This document shows, in pieces, positions 28,488 through 46,513 of a stretch of 64,000 nt of DNA. This DNA is from the human T2T-CHM13v2.0 reference genome, Homo sapiens: the NCBI RefSeq assembly GCF_009914755.1, contig NC_060926.1. One strand, written 5' to 3'. The notes beneath the pieces were generated by a model. The model made no database searches. It worked only from the letters and a program-made list of their open reading frames with translations, and had not been told where the DNA came from. Position 1 is the stretch's first letter. Each line of letters begins with the position of its first letter. The translations under genes and the position numbers were made by a program.

Positions 28488-31400
28488 TTTTAATTTTTGT
28501 TATTTTTAATTTTTGTGGGTACATAGTAGGTGTGTATATTTATGGGGTACAGGCATTGCATGCCTGTATCAAAGCATTACATTGATACAGGCATGCAATG
28601 CATAATAATCACATCATGGTAAATGGGGTATCCATCCCCTGAAGCATTTATTTGTTGTGTTACAAACAATCCTATTATGACTCTACTTATTTTTAAATGT
28701 ACAATTAAATTACTATTGACTAAAATCACCCTGTTGTGCTATAAAATACTAGATCTTATTTACTCCTTCTAACTATTTTTTGTACCCATTAACTATCCCA
28801 CAACTCCATGTGCCCTTCCCATTCTCTGGTAACTATCCTTCTATTTTCTCTATTTCTATGAGTTTAATTGTTTTAATTTTTAGCTACAACAAAATAAGAG
28901 AGAACATGTAGTTTGTCTTTCTGTATCTGGCTTGTTTCACAACACAGTGACCTTTAGCTCCAGTCATGTTGGTGCAAATGACAGGATCTCATTGTTTTTA
29001 TGGTTGAATAGTACTCCATTGTATATATGTACCACATTTTCTTTATTCACTTGTCTGTTGATGGACACTTAGGTTGCTTCCAAATCTTGGCTATTGTAAA
29101 CAGTGCTGCAGCAAACATGGCAGTGCAGATATCTCTTTAATATATTGATTTCCTTTCTTTGGGGTATATACCCAGCAGTGGTATTGCTAGATTGTATGAT
29201 AGTTCTATTTTCAGTTTTTTGAGAGCCCTCCATACTGTTTTCCACAGTAGTTGCAATAACTTACATTCCTACCAAGAGTATATGAGGATTTCCTTTTCTT
29301 CACATCCTCACCAGCATTTGTTATCACCTGTCATTTGGATATAAGCCATTTTAAGTGGGATGAGATGATATCTCATTGTAGTTTTGATTTGCATTTTCCT
29401 GATGATCAATGATTTTGAGCACCTTTCACATGCCTGTTTGCCATTTGTATGTCTCCTTTTGAGAAATGTCTATTCAGAACTTTTGCCCACTTTTAAATTG
29501 CATTATTAGACTTTTTTCCTGTAGAGTTGTTTGAACTCCTTATATATTCTGGTTATGAATCACTTGTCAGATGGGCCATTAGCAAATATTTTCTCCCATC
29601 CTATGTGTTGTCTCTTCACTTTGTTGGTTGTTTCCTTTGCTGTGTAGAAGGCTTTTAACTTGATGTGATTCCATGTGTCCATTTTTGCTTTGGTTGCCTG
29701 TGCTTGTTGGGTATTACTCAAGAAATTTTTGCTCAGACCAGTATTGCGGAGAGTTTCCCCAGTGTTTTCTTGCAGTAGTTTCAGTTTGAGGTCTTAGACT
29801 TAAGTCTTTAATCCATTTTGATTTGATTTTTGCATATGGTGAGAGAGAAGGGTCAAGTTTCATTCTTCTGCATATCGATATCCAGTTTCCCGAACATCAT
29901 TTATTGAAGAGATGGTTTTTTTCCCCAATGTAGGTTCTTGGCACCTTTGTCAAAAGTAATTTCACTGTAAGTCCATGAATTTGTTTCTCAATTCTCGATT
30001 CTGTTTCATTGGTTTATGTGCCTGTTTTTATGCCAGTACCATTGTGTTTTGTTTACTATAGTTCTGTAGTATAATTTGAAGTCAGGTAATGTGATCCCTC
30101 CAATTTTCTTTTTTCTCAGGATAGCTTTGGCTATTCTGGGTCTTTTGTGGTTCTGTATACATTTTAGCATTTTGTTTTATTTCTGTGAAGAATGTCATTG
30201 ATGTTTTGATAGGCATTGCATTGAATCTGTAGTTTGCTTTGGGTAGTATGGACATTTTACCAATATTGATTCTTCCAATTCATGAACATGGAATATATTG
30301 CCATTTTTTGTGGCCTTTTCAGTTTCTTTCATTAGTATTTTATAGTTTTCATTGTAGAGGTATTTCATTTCTTTGGTTAATTCCTAGGTATCTAGTTTTA
30401 TTTGTGGCTATTGTAAATGAGATTACTTTTTTATTTCTTTTTCAGATTGTTCACTGTTGGCATATAGAAGTGCTACTGATTTTTGTATGTTGATTTTGTA
30501 TCCTGCGACTTTACTGTATTCGTTTACCAGTTGTAGTAGTTCTCTGGTGGAGCCTTTAGCTTTTTCTGAAGATAAGAACATAAAATCTGCAGACAAGTAT
30601 ACTTTAACTTGTTCCTTTCCAATTTGGATGCCCTTTATTTATTTCTGTTGTCTGATTGCCCTAGTTAGGGCTTCCAGTACTATGCTGAATAACAGTAGTG
30701 AAAATGGGCATCCTTGTTTTGTTCTGGATCTTAGGAGAAAGTTTTTCAGTTTTTCTTCATTTAGTATGATACTAGCTGTGGGTCTGTCATATACGGCTTT
30801 TATTATGTTGAGGTGTATTCCTTCTATACCCAGTTTTTTGAGGATTTTTATCATGAAGAGATGTTGAATTTTATCAAATGCTTTTCCAGCAGCAATTGAA
30901 ATTATCATTTTTTTCTTCATTCTGTTGATATAATGTACCACATTGATTAATTTGTATATGTTGAACCATGCTTGCATCCCTGGGATAAATCCCACTTGGT
31001 CATGATGAATGATCTTTTTAATGTACTGTTGAATTAGGTTTGCTAGTATTTTGCTAGGGTTTTTGCATAAATATTCATGAGAGATATTGGCCTGTAGTTT
31101 CCTTTTTTTGATGTGTCTTTGTCTAGTTTTGTTATCAGGGTAGTACTAACCTCAAAGGATAAGTTTGGAAGTATTCTCTCCTCCTCTATTTTTCAGAGTA
31201 GTTAGAGTAGGATTAGTTCTTCTGCAAATGTTTGGTAGAATTTAGCAATGAAGCCATCAGGTCCTGGGATTTTCTTTACTGGGAGACTTTTTATTATGGC
31301 TTTGACCTTGTTACTTGTTATTATTGACCTGTTCAGGTTTTGAATTTCTTCATGCTTCAATCTTGGTAGGTTGCATTTGTCTAGGAATTTATCCATTTCC

Positions 31401-34400
31401 TCTAGATTTTCCAATTTATTGGCATATAGTTGCTCATAGTAGCCGCTAGTAATCCTTTGTATTTTTACAGTATCAATTACAATGTTTTCTTTTTCATTTC
31501 TGATTTTATTTATTTGAATGTTCTCTCTTTTTTTCTTAATTAGTCTGACTCGAGGTTTGTCAATTTTGTTTATCCTTGAAAGAAAACCAATCTTTTGTTT
31601 CATTGATCTTTTGTATTTTTTGTTTCGATTTTATTTATCTCTATTCTGATCTTTATTATTTCTTTTCTTCTACTAATTTTGGGTTTGGACTTTTGCATCA
31701 ATATTCATGAGAGATATTAGCCTGTAGTTTTCTTTCTTGATGTGTCTTTGTCTGGTTTTGGTATCAGGGTAGTACTAGCCTCATAAGATGAGTTTGATTT
31801 TCTAGTTTTTTAAGATACTCTTGTGTTTCTAGTTTTTAAAGATGCATAATTAGGTTTCTTATTTCAAGTTTTTCTTCTTTTTTGATATAGGCACTTACAG
31901 CAATAAATTTTCCCCTTAGTACTGCTTTTGCTGTATCTCATAGGTTTTGGTATGTCATGTTTCCATTGTCATTTGTTTCAAAAAATTTTTTAAATTTCCT
32001 TCTTAATTTCTTCATTGACCCACGGGTCATTCAGAAGCATATTGTTTAATTTCCTTCTATTCGTATAGTTTCCAAAATTCCTCTTGTTATTGATTTCTGG
32101 TTTTATTCTATTGTGGTCAGAGAAGATGCTTGATATTATTTCACTTTTATTGACTGTTTTCAGACTTGTTTTGTGACCTAACATATGATCTATCCTTGAG
32201 AATGATCCATGTGCTGAGTAAAAGATTGTGTATTCTGCAGCTGCTGCATGAAATGGTCTATAAACATCTATTAGGTCCATTTGGTCTATAGTGCAGAATA
32301 AGTCCAGTGCTTTTTTATTGATTTTCTACCTGGAAGATCTGTCCAATGCTGAAAGTGTGGCATTAAAGTCTGAACTATTATTGCATTGAGGCCTATCTTT
32401 CTTTTTAGCTGCTCTAATAATATTGGCTTTATATACCTGAGTGCTCCAGTGTTGGGTGCATATATATTTACAATTGTTATATCCTCTTGCTAAACTGGCC
32501 CCTTTATCATTATATAATGAACTTCTTACAGTTTTTATCTTGAAATCTATTTTATCTGATATAAGTATAGCTACTTCTGCTCTTTTTTGGTTTCCAATAA
32601 CATGAAGCATCTTTTTCCATCCCTTTATTTTCAGTCTATGTGCATCTTCAGAGGTGAAGTGTGTTTCTTGTAGGCAACAGATCACTGGGTCATCTTTTTA
32701 AAAAAAAAAATCATTCAGCCAATCTATGTCTTTGAACTAGAGAGTTTAGTCCATTTATATTCAATGCCATTATTGTTAAGTAAGGACTAACTCCTGTCAT
32801 TTTGTTATTTGTTTGCTGGTTATTTTGTAGTGTTCTCTTCCTTCTTTCCTTCCTTTCTTCCTTTTAGTGAAGGTGATTTTCTCTGGTGGTATGATTGAAT
32901 TTCTTGCTTTCTATTTTTTGTGTATCCATTGTATGTTTATTGATCTGAGGTCACCACAAGGCTTGCATATACTATCTTATAACCCATTATTTTAAACTAA
33001 TGAAAACAAGACTATATAAACAATCAAAAAGAAAACTAATAAAAACTCTAACTTCATCACCCCACTTTTTAACTTTTTGTTGTTTATCTTTCTGTCTTAT
33101 TTTATTGTCTATGTCTTGAAAAGTTGTAGTTATTATTTTTGATTGAGTCATCATTTAGTGTTTCTACTTAAGCTAAGAGTAGTTTAAACACAACAATTAC
33201 AATGTTATAATATTCTGTGTTTTTCTTTGTGCCTACTAGTACCAGTGAGTTTTGTACTATCAGATAATTTCTTATTGCTCATTAACATCCTTTTCTTTCA
33301 GATTGAAGAACTCCCTTTAGCATTTGTTGTAGGACAGGTCTGGTGCTGTTAAAACTCCCTCAGCTTTTGTTCATCTGGGAAGGTGTTTATTTCGCCTTCA
33401 TGCTTGAAGGATATTTTCACCAGATACACTATTCTAGGGCAAAAGTTATTTCCCTCAGCACTTTAAACCTGTCATGCTACTCTTTTCTGGTCTGTAAGGT
33501 TTCCACTAAAAACTCTGCTGCCAGACATATTGGACCTCTATTGCATTTCATTTGTTTATTTTCTCTTGCTCCTTTTAGGATTATGTCTTTATCCTTGACC
33601 TTTGAGAGTTTGATTATTAAATGCTTGGAGATAGTCTTCTTTGGGTTAAATCTGCTTGGTATTCTATAACCTTCTTGTTATATCTTCTTGAATGTTAATA
33701 TCTTTCTCTAGGTTTGGGAAGTTCTCTGATATTATCCCTTTGAATAAACTTTTTATCCCTATATCTTTCTCTACTTCCTCTTTAAGGTCAATAACTCTTA
33801 GACTTGCCCTTTTTAAGCTTATTTTCTAGATCCTGTAGGTATGTCTTATTCTTTTTTATTTTGTCTATTCTGACTGTATATTTTCAAATAGCCTGTCTTC
33901 AAGCTCACTAATTTTGACTTCTGTTTGATCAATTCTGCTATTAAGAGATTCTGATGCATTCTTCAATATGTCAGTTGCATTTTCAACTCCAGTATTTCTG
34001 CTTGATTCTTTTAAATTATTTCAATCTTAAGATAGTTATTGATTGAATGAACTTCTTACAGTTTTTATCTTGAAATGTATTTTCATTGGACTTAGTCTGC
34101 ACTGTAGACCAAATGGACCTAATAGATGTTTATAGACCATTTCATGCAGCAGCTGCAGAATACACTAAATACAATAAATGTGTTAAGAATTTAACAAATT
34201 CAGAATGCAATAAATTTGTTAAATTTATATCATAGAATTCTGAATTACTTCTCCTTGTTATCTTGAATTTCTTTGAATTTCCTTAAAACAACTATTTTGC
34301 ATTCTCAATCTAAAAGGTCACATATCTCTGTTTCTCCAGGATTGGTCCCTGGTACCTTATTTAGTTCGTTTGTTAAGGTCATGTTTTCCTGGATGGTCTT

Positions 34401-36352
34401 GATACTTGTGGATGTTCTTTGATGTCTGGACATGGAAGAGTTACGTATTTATTGTGACCTTCACAGTCTAGGCTTGTTTGTGCTCATTCTTCTTGGGAAG
34501 GCTTTCCAGGTATTCAAGTGGACTTAGGCCCCAAGCCCAAGAATGCTGTGGTTCTTGCAGATTCATAGAATTACTGCCTTGGTGGTCTTGGATAAGATCT
34601 GAAAGAATTCTCTGGATTACCAGGCAGAGATTCTTGTTCTTTTCCCCTACTTTCTCCCAAAGAAGTGAGGTCTTTCTCTCTCTTTGCTGAGCTGCCTGGA
34701 GCTCAGGGTGGGGTGTCACAAAAACCCCTGAGGCCACGATCGCTAGGACTGTGCTGAGTCAGACCTGAAGCCAATACAGCACTGGGTCTTGCCTATGGCC
34801 TACTGTAGCTACTGCCTGTCTACTGCCTATGTTCACTCAAGGCCCTAGGGCTCAACAATTAGCAGGTGGTGAAGCCAGCCAGGTTTGTGTTCTTCCCTTC
34901 AGGTTGGTGAGTTCCCCAGGCCCCAGGCAGGTCCAGAGACTCTGTTTGGGAGCCAATGATTGGAATCAAAAGCCTTAGAAATCTACCTGGTGTTCTATTC
35001 TACTGTGGTTAAGTTGGCACTCAAACCACAAAATGAAGTCCTTCCCACTCTTTCCTCCCCTTTCCACAGGCAGAAGAGCTTTTCCCCATGGCCACCACCA
35101 CCAGCAGCCCATAAGGAGTTCTGCCGGATGCCTGCGACTCACCCTTCAGGGCAGTGGGCTCCGCTCTGGCCCAGGGCAGGTCCAGAAATGCTGTCCAAGT
35201 GCCTAGGCCAGAACTTGGGAATCCCAAGAGCCTGCTTGTTACTCTATCTCACTGTAGCCAAGTGGGTACTTAGGGTGGAAGACAAAGAACTCTTTATTTT
35301 TCCCTCTGCTTTTCTCAAGCAGATGGAGTCTTTCACTGTAGTCACCATAGTTTGAATGTGCTGAGTATCACCTGAAGCTAGCACATCTCAGAGCCTCACC
35401 CAAGGCCCACAGCATACTACCTGGGTACCACTGCTGGTTATTGAGGGCCCAAGGGTTCTTTACTCAGCAAATGGTAAATCCTGTCAGTACTGTGTCCTTT
35501 CCTTCAAAGAATCATGTTCCCTTCTCACCCAGGGTGTGTCTAGAAATGTTGTCTGGAAGCTAGGGCCTTGAGTGGGGGCCTTACATCTCTGCCTGGTGCC
35601 TTGTCCTAATGTGTCTGAGCTGGTACCCAAGGTGCAAGACAAAGTCCTCTTTATTCTTTGCTCTCCTTTCCTCAACCAGAAGGATGGAGTCACTTTTTTG
35701 CTGCAAGCTGCACTGCCTAGGGTTGGAAGGGGGTGACACAAGCCTTAGCTGCCCTGTCTGGTGTCTCCATAGGTTATGTGCTGCCCTACTCCACTGGCTC
35801 TAAGCCCATAGCAATAGGACTTGCCGAGGAATTGTAGTCCTTGTGTCCTAAACTGCCTTTCAAGTTTACCTAGGACCCCAGAGCACTTTAGCCCATTGTG
35901 GCAAAGCTTGCCAGGAAACTCAAGTTCTGACAGCTAGGATGGGTGATTTCCCTCTGGCTAGGTCTGGCCCAAATGCTCCCTCCATGGTCAGGCACCAGCT
36001 GAGGCAAGCATAGCTTTGCTCTTTGCTGTGACAGGGCAGTACTGAGTTCAATGCAGATTCCACCAATTGCTATGCTGTCCCTCCCCAAAGTGCACAGTTT
36101 CTCTCTCTCCATGCCATGTAGCTGCTGCTGGGAGATGGGGGAGGGGTGGAGTCCACATCTCAAGACTGTCCTTCCTACCCTCTTCAGTGCCTTTCAGCTA
36201 TATGAAGATAAAACCAGGTACTGTGAGTTACTCACCTGATTTTTGGTTCTTATGATGGTGCTATTTTGTGTGAAGTTAGTTGTTAGAATTTGGTGTTCCA
36301 GCTGGAGGGACAATCTGTAGGGCTTTTATTTGACTATTTTGCTCTGCCCTCT
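28488..36352 (-). mobile_element. Near full-length old L1 (L1MA2/3-like), ~7.9 kb, disrupted ORFs
   Basis: L1MA-type 3' end; ORF2 remnants (30639-32685), an ORF1 remnant and a long GC-richer 5'UTR ending in a GAGGGCAGAGCAAAATAG-like start. Degenerate TSD CAATTACTGTAATAT (28473) vs CAATTAATATAACAC (36353), 11/15. Confidence 0.88.
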
Positions 36353-36477
36353 CAATTAATATAACACTAAAGTGTCACCCATATTTTATTTCAAAAGCCT
36401 TACATAAACAGATAAACTAAAAAATCATAGGTCCACTAAATAAAGTTTTCTAGATAAACCAAAAATAAATGTCTTTG

Positions 36478-36925
36478 CTTTTTTATTGTGGTAAATATAT
36501 ATAACATAACATTTTCCATTTAAACCAATTTTAAGTATACAATTCAGTGGCATTAGTGACATGCACAATTTTATAGATCATCACCACTGTCTATTTCTAA
36601 AACTTTTTCATCACTCTAAACAGAAACTGTACTAATTAAATCATAGCTTCTCATTCTCCTCTCCTCCCAGATCCTGATAACTTTCTATCCTTTTTCTGTC
36701 TCTATAAGTTTGCCTATTTTAGATATTTCATATAAATGGAATCATATAATATTTGTACTTCTGCATCTAGCTTCTTTCACTTAGCAAAATGTTTTCAAGG
36801 TTCATCCACATTGTAGCATGTGTCAGAAATTCATTCCTTTTTTAAGCTAAATAATATTCTGTCTTATGTATGCATCACATTTTATTTATCTCCTCATCTG
36901 CTGATGGAATCATGGGTTGTTTCCT
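36478..36925 (-). mobile_element. L1MB-type 3' fragment
   Basis: TTTTATTGTGGTAAA..., CAATTCAGTGGCATTAG, ATTTCATATAAATGGAATCATA. Confidence 0.75.
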
Positions 36926-37009
36926 TCCAATTTCTTTGAGTTTGATTGAAATTTATCAGATTATGCTAAATGAAGCTCAGAAAAGAATAGTCATTACCTA
37001 ATTAGAAAG

Positions 37010-37258
37010 GGAGTATTATAGTATAATGATGAAGAGCAAAAATTCTAGTGATAGACTTGGGTTCAAATCCCAACTGTGCCTTTTGCTAGTAATTCCTACC
37101 TTTTCTACCAAATCAACTTCACCTCTCTGAATCTTCATTTCTTTGTTTCTAAAATGGGAATAATACTGATCTCATTTGGTTCCTGACAGAATTAAACAAT
37201 AATATAAAGCACTTTGAGCATTTCCTACCTATAGTTAGCACTCAATAAATATAAGCCA
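37010..37258. mobile_element. MIR
   Basis: GACTTGGGTTCAAATCCC, CTAAAATGGGAATAATA, TAGCACTCAATAAAT. Confidence 0.7.
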
Positions 37259-37277
37259 ATAATATAAGCCATTTATA

Positions 37278-38357
37278 AGGCATGGGCGAGGACTTCATGT
37301 CTAAAACAACAAAAGCAATGGCAATAAAAGCCAAAATTGACAAATGGGATCTAATTAAACTAAACAGCTTCTGCACAGCAAAAGAAACTACCATCGGAGT
37401 GAACAGGCAACCTACAGAATGGGAGAAAATTTTTGCAATCTACTCATCTGACAAAGGGCGAATATCCAGAATCTACAAAGAACTCAAACAAATTTACAAG
37501 AAAAAAACAAACGACACCATCAAAAAGTGGGTGAGGGATATGAAGAGACACTTCTCAAAAGAAGACATTTATGCAGCCAACAGACACATAAAAAAATGCT
37601 CATCATCACTGGCCATCAGAGAAATGCAAATCAAAACCACAATGAGATACCATCTCATGCCAGTTAGAATGGTGATCATTAAAAAGTCAGTAAACAACAG
37701 ATGCTGGAGAGGATGTGGAGAAGTAGGAACACTTTTACACTGTTGGTGGGACTGTAAACTAGTTCAACTATTGTGGAAGACAGTGTGGTGATTCCTCAAG
37801 GATCTAGAACTAGAAATACCATTTGACCCAGCCATCCTACTACTGGCTATATGCCCAAAGGATTACAAATCACGCTGCTATGAAGACACATGCACACGTA
37901 TGTTCATTGCGGCACTATTCACAATAGCAAAGACTTGGAACCAACCCAAATGTCCATCAGTGATAGACTGGATTAAGAAAATGTGGCATATATACACCAT
38001 GGAATCCTATGCAGCCATAAAAAGGATGAGTTCATGTCCTTTGTAGGGACATGGATGAAGCTGGAAACCATTATTCTCAGCAAAGTATCGCAAGGACAAA
38101 AAAACAAACACTGCATGTTCTCACTCATAGGTGGGAATTGAACAATGAGAACACTTGGACACAGGAAGGGGAATATCACACACTGGGGCCTGTTGTAGGG
38201 TGGTGGGAGCGGGGAGGGACAGCATTAGGAGATATACTTAATGTAAATGACGAGTTGATGGGTGCAGCACACCAACATGGCACATGTATACATATGTAAC
38301 AAACCTGCATGTTGTGCACATGTACCCTATAACTTAAAGTATAATAATAATAATAAT

Positions 38358-38360
<3 letters not shown>
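37278..38360 (+). mobile_element. 5'-truncated L1PA (about PA5), ~1.1 kb, (TAA)n tail
   Basis: ORF2 C-terminal remnant (37282-37791) and 3'UTR ending ACTTAAAGTATAATAATAA. Confidence 0.9.
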
Positions 38361-42287
<3,927 letters not shown>

Positions 42288-42300
42288 TTTACCTTGGGAT

Positions 42301-42653
<353 letters not shown>

Positions 42654-42984
42654 TTACTTAACCCAAATACATAAATGTGAAATGAAAAAAAAATGGAAAT
42701 GCATGTTCTATTACATCATCAACTCCTCTACAGCTGCCATTTGGGTATGACTTAGAGGCAGTGGGCAGCAAATTATATTGGCTTAAAATTAACATCATTA
42801 AGATAAATTCATGAGTGCCATCTATTTGTGTAGTGCTTTCCACAGCACTGTTTGTGGATTAAATTAGGAATTTTTAGAGTGCCATAGACTGGAACTCATA
42901 AATTAAATCTGTGTTGAATTTGTAAAAGGTTGATTCAAATATCTATTATTATTGCTGGAAATAAGAAATATTCACTAACTAGTT

Positions 42985-43380
42985 GTAGAATAGATGGCCA
43001 ACTCTACAAACATCCATCCTTCTCCTTTTATAACACTTCCTATGGAGCTGCCCAGCCAGGGACTGTATATCTCGGCTTCTTGCTGCTAGGAGGGACCATG
43101 TGATTCTTATCAGTGAAATGTGAGCCAAAGTAATATGTCACTTCAAAGCAAGGCAGATAGGAAGAAGGTGGGCCTTCTTTTCCCTCTTCTCCCCAGCTCC
43201 TGCCCACCATCTCCCACCCCAACCCCAGTTGTCAGGATACAAAGTCATAGGATAGAATTAGTAAGCAAAGGAAAGTCATCCACCTGCATTGGACTGCTAA
43301 TTGAGCAAAAAATAAATTTCCATTGTGTTAAGCTGTTGAAATTCTGGGGTTCATCTGTTATACCGTAACATTACCCTAAC
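42985..43380. mobile_element. Old MaLR LTR (MLT1-like)
   Basis: AAATAAATTTCCATTGTGTTAAGC..GAAATTCTGGGG..TGTTA end motif. Confidence 0.55.
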
Positions 43381-43657
43381 TATAGACTAATAGTCATAGA
43401 GAATGATTCAAATGTCAGAGAATCACTGACGGTTGTGAGCAAATTGCTTTCTCCTTTTAGAAACTTTTGATTAACCTTTGACATTCAAAGTTCCATTTAC
43501 TTAATTCTGTACCAATTATTAAAAGTTAGCTCAAAGTCTCTATTATAGAGGAACTCATAATCTCACTTGGGTGAAAAAGCATATACAAAGTTAAAGAATA
43601 ATGCAAAGCACGATATGATGAAAATCAAATGAATGGAAAAGAAAATAATTCCTACTA

Positions 43658-44072
<415 letters not shown>

Positions 44073-44567
44073 TTCTGTCTTGCTTCAGGTCTGGAAAAAG
44101 TAAAAAAAAAAAAGAGATAACAGTAAGAATATTCAAAATAAGGCTAACAGGGTGAAAAAATGCCTAAAAGTGGGAATGAACAAAAAGATATTTAGAGGAC
44201 TGTAAGGCTATGGGATTATAACAAGTAAGAGAATGGAATTTAAAATTTATTCAATATTCATTTACAAAACGTTTATTGATCTCATGGGTCTGGCACTGAG
44301 CTAAGCACTGGAGAGAACAACAGCCCTTACTGCCATAGAATTTACAGTCTTTTGACATAGACAGACCTAAATTCAACTTGTATCTATCAATTACTAGTAT
44401 TTGAACATGGGCAAGTCACTTGACTTTTTGTATTTCTTGATTTTCCTATGTACATAATGAGGATAACCCTACAAGGTTGTTATGAGAATTAAATGAAATG
44501 ATGAATTTAACATAGTGCCTCACACATAGTAAACTCTCAATAAACGTTAGCTGGTCTTGCCTGGTGT

Positions 44568-44660
44568 GACAGTAGTGGTAGTGGTGATGGTGGTAGTAGC
44601 AGTCGTGGTGGTGGTGAGTGGTGGTGGTGGTAGTGAGTATAGTACTAGCAATAACAGTAG
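44568..44660. repeat. Degenerate (GGT/AGT)n trinucleotide repeat following a MIR (~44350-44550)
   Basis: Direct reading of GTAGTGGTAGTGGTGATGGTGGTAGTAGCAG... Confidence 0.8.
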
Positions 44661-45493
44661 CTTATTTGGGCCAGAGCAGAGAGATTGTTTTGATAATAAT
44701 GGGCACTGACATTGGAAATGAAGTTTTGAGCATATTTAAGAAGTCTTTTGAATGTCAGGACAAAGACTTTGGATTCTATCCTTAGGCAGTGGACAACCAT
44801 TGAGGTTTTTCGAGCAAGGTAGTAACAAGTAACATAGCAACACTGAATAGACCAGATTGGACTTAGGAGTTAAGAAAAAAACATGATGACAAAGAAGGCT
44901 TTTAGGGTATCAACTAATGTGACATTGGACAAGAGTAGTGAAATGGAAATTGAGAGAATGTTCAAGGGTAACAGTAGGTTTTTCAAGTTTGGTTAAATAG
45001 CCTGATAGAGTAGGGTAGGAGAATAAAAAGTTTGGCTTTAGAAATTGTTGAATTTGGAGAACTCAAACAACATTCAATTGGAAATATCCAACAGATAGTT
45101 GACTATATGGATTTGAAATTTGGAAGAAACTAAGGCTAGGAATATTTTGTGAGTTTCTTAAATAGAAATAATAGCTAAACGGATGGCTTCTCCAAAACAC
45201 AGTGTATATGAATAAAAGATAAAAGCCTAATTAATTATTGCAGAAGGACCCCAGTTAAGTGTGAGAGGAGAAAGAAGAACTAGCATAAAAATGGTCAATG
45301 TAGGAAGAAAACCACCGTCATAGATGTCAAGGGAAGAGAAATTTTTAGGAAGGTAGAAGTGGGCAATAGTGCCAAATGATCAGAGATGGGTAATCTATCG
45401 TATCATAAATACAATAAGAAAAACTTATTGTATTTAGTTAGCAGTATTACAATTTTAAGTCCAAAAATAACCATAGAAAGAAGAGAAGGAGCC

Positions 45494-45689
45494 GACCATC
45501 CTGGCTAACATGGTGAAACCCCGTCTCTACTAAAAATACAAAAAATTAGCTGGGCATGGTGGCGGGCACCTGTAGTCCCAGCTACTCAGGAGGCTGAGGC
45601 AGGAGAACGGTGTGAATTCGGGAGGCGGAGCTTGCAGTGAGCGGAGATCGAGACTCCATCTCAAAAAAAAAAAAAAAAAAAAAAAAGTA
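45494..45689 (+). mobile_element. 5'-truncated AluY with a 32-bp internal deletion
   Basis: GACCATCCTGGCTAAC and GGAGCTTGCAGTGAG (AluY diagnostics). TSD AGAAAGAAGAGAA(A)GGAGCC at 45475-45493 and 45690-45709. Confidence 0.9.
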
Positions 45690-46317
45690 AGAAAGAAGAG
45701 AAAGGAGCCTATAGAGTGTTAGCATTTTTGCTGTCATAGTCAGGAAGTTAGAATTCAGTCAAATGAAGGAGCGTCCAGCTGAAGTCAACGGTATAGGTTC
45801 TTCTGTCTGGAGGTGCCACTTTCAGAGCTGCCTCTTGTTAATGGTGCTCTCATGAGAAAAACCCAAATACGAATAAACCGTAATTAGGGATGGAGCCTTT
45901 GATATGGCCATCTCTACCTTCTGTGAAGGTCCGGAGAAGACTGTGAGAGGAGTTGTGCAGACAATACAGAATAAGATTAAAAAAAGAAAAAAAAAAAAGG
46001 ACTTGAGTTGTAAATAAAACTCAGCTTGTGAATTTGAGAATTCCTTAGGAAAGGTACATCTATTGTTTTTCCACCATTGTGGGTAAGGTCAGGGGAAATA
46101 AACTTTGTACAATGTACATTCAAGAATCTACATTGCCTAACTTGTACCACCTGGGAGCCAGTGCTTCATGAATGTGGAACCCTAAGCTGGAAGTGATAGA
46201 GAGTCTGTGAATTAGCTTGGCTTGGGAGCAGCTATGGGGGCTTGCTGTCTTCATCACTCCTTCTACCCCTTGCTATGACAAGAAAAGTCAAGTTTACCAA
46301 AACGAATTAGCTTTGGG

Positions 46318-46513
46318 CACTGGTTCTTAAATTTTAGTGTGCATCAGAACCACCTGGAGTGCTTGTCAAAACACAGATTTTTGAGTCCCACCCACCAGAG
46401 TTTCTGACTCAGTACGTGTGGGGTGAGGCCCAAGAATCTACATTTCCAACAAGTTTCTATGTGCTATTGTTGCTGCTGCTATTGGTCCTGGGATCAGACT
46501 TTGAAAACCACTG
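46318..46513. mobile_element. MER5A
   Basis: CACTGGTTCTTAAA...TTTGAAAACCACTG terminal inverted repeats, ~195 bp. Confidence 0.8.
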
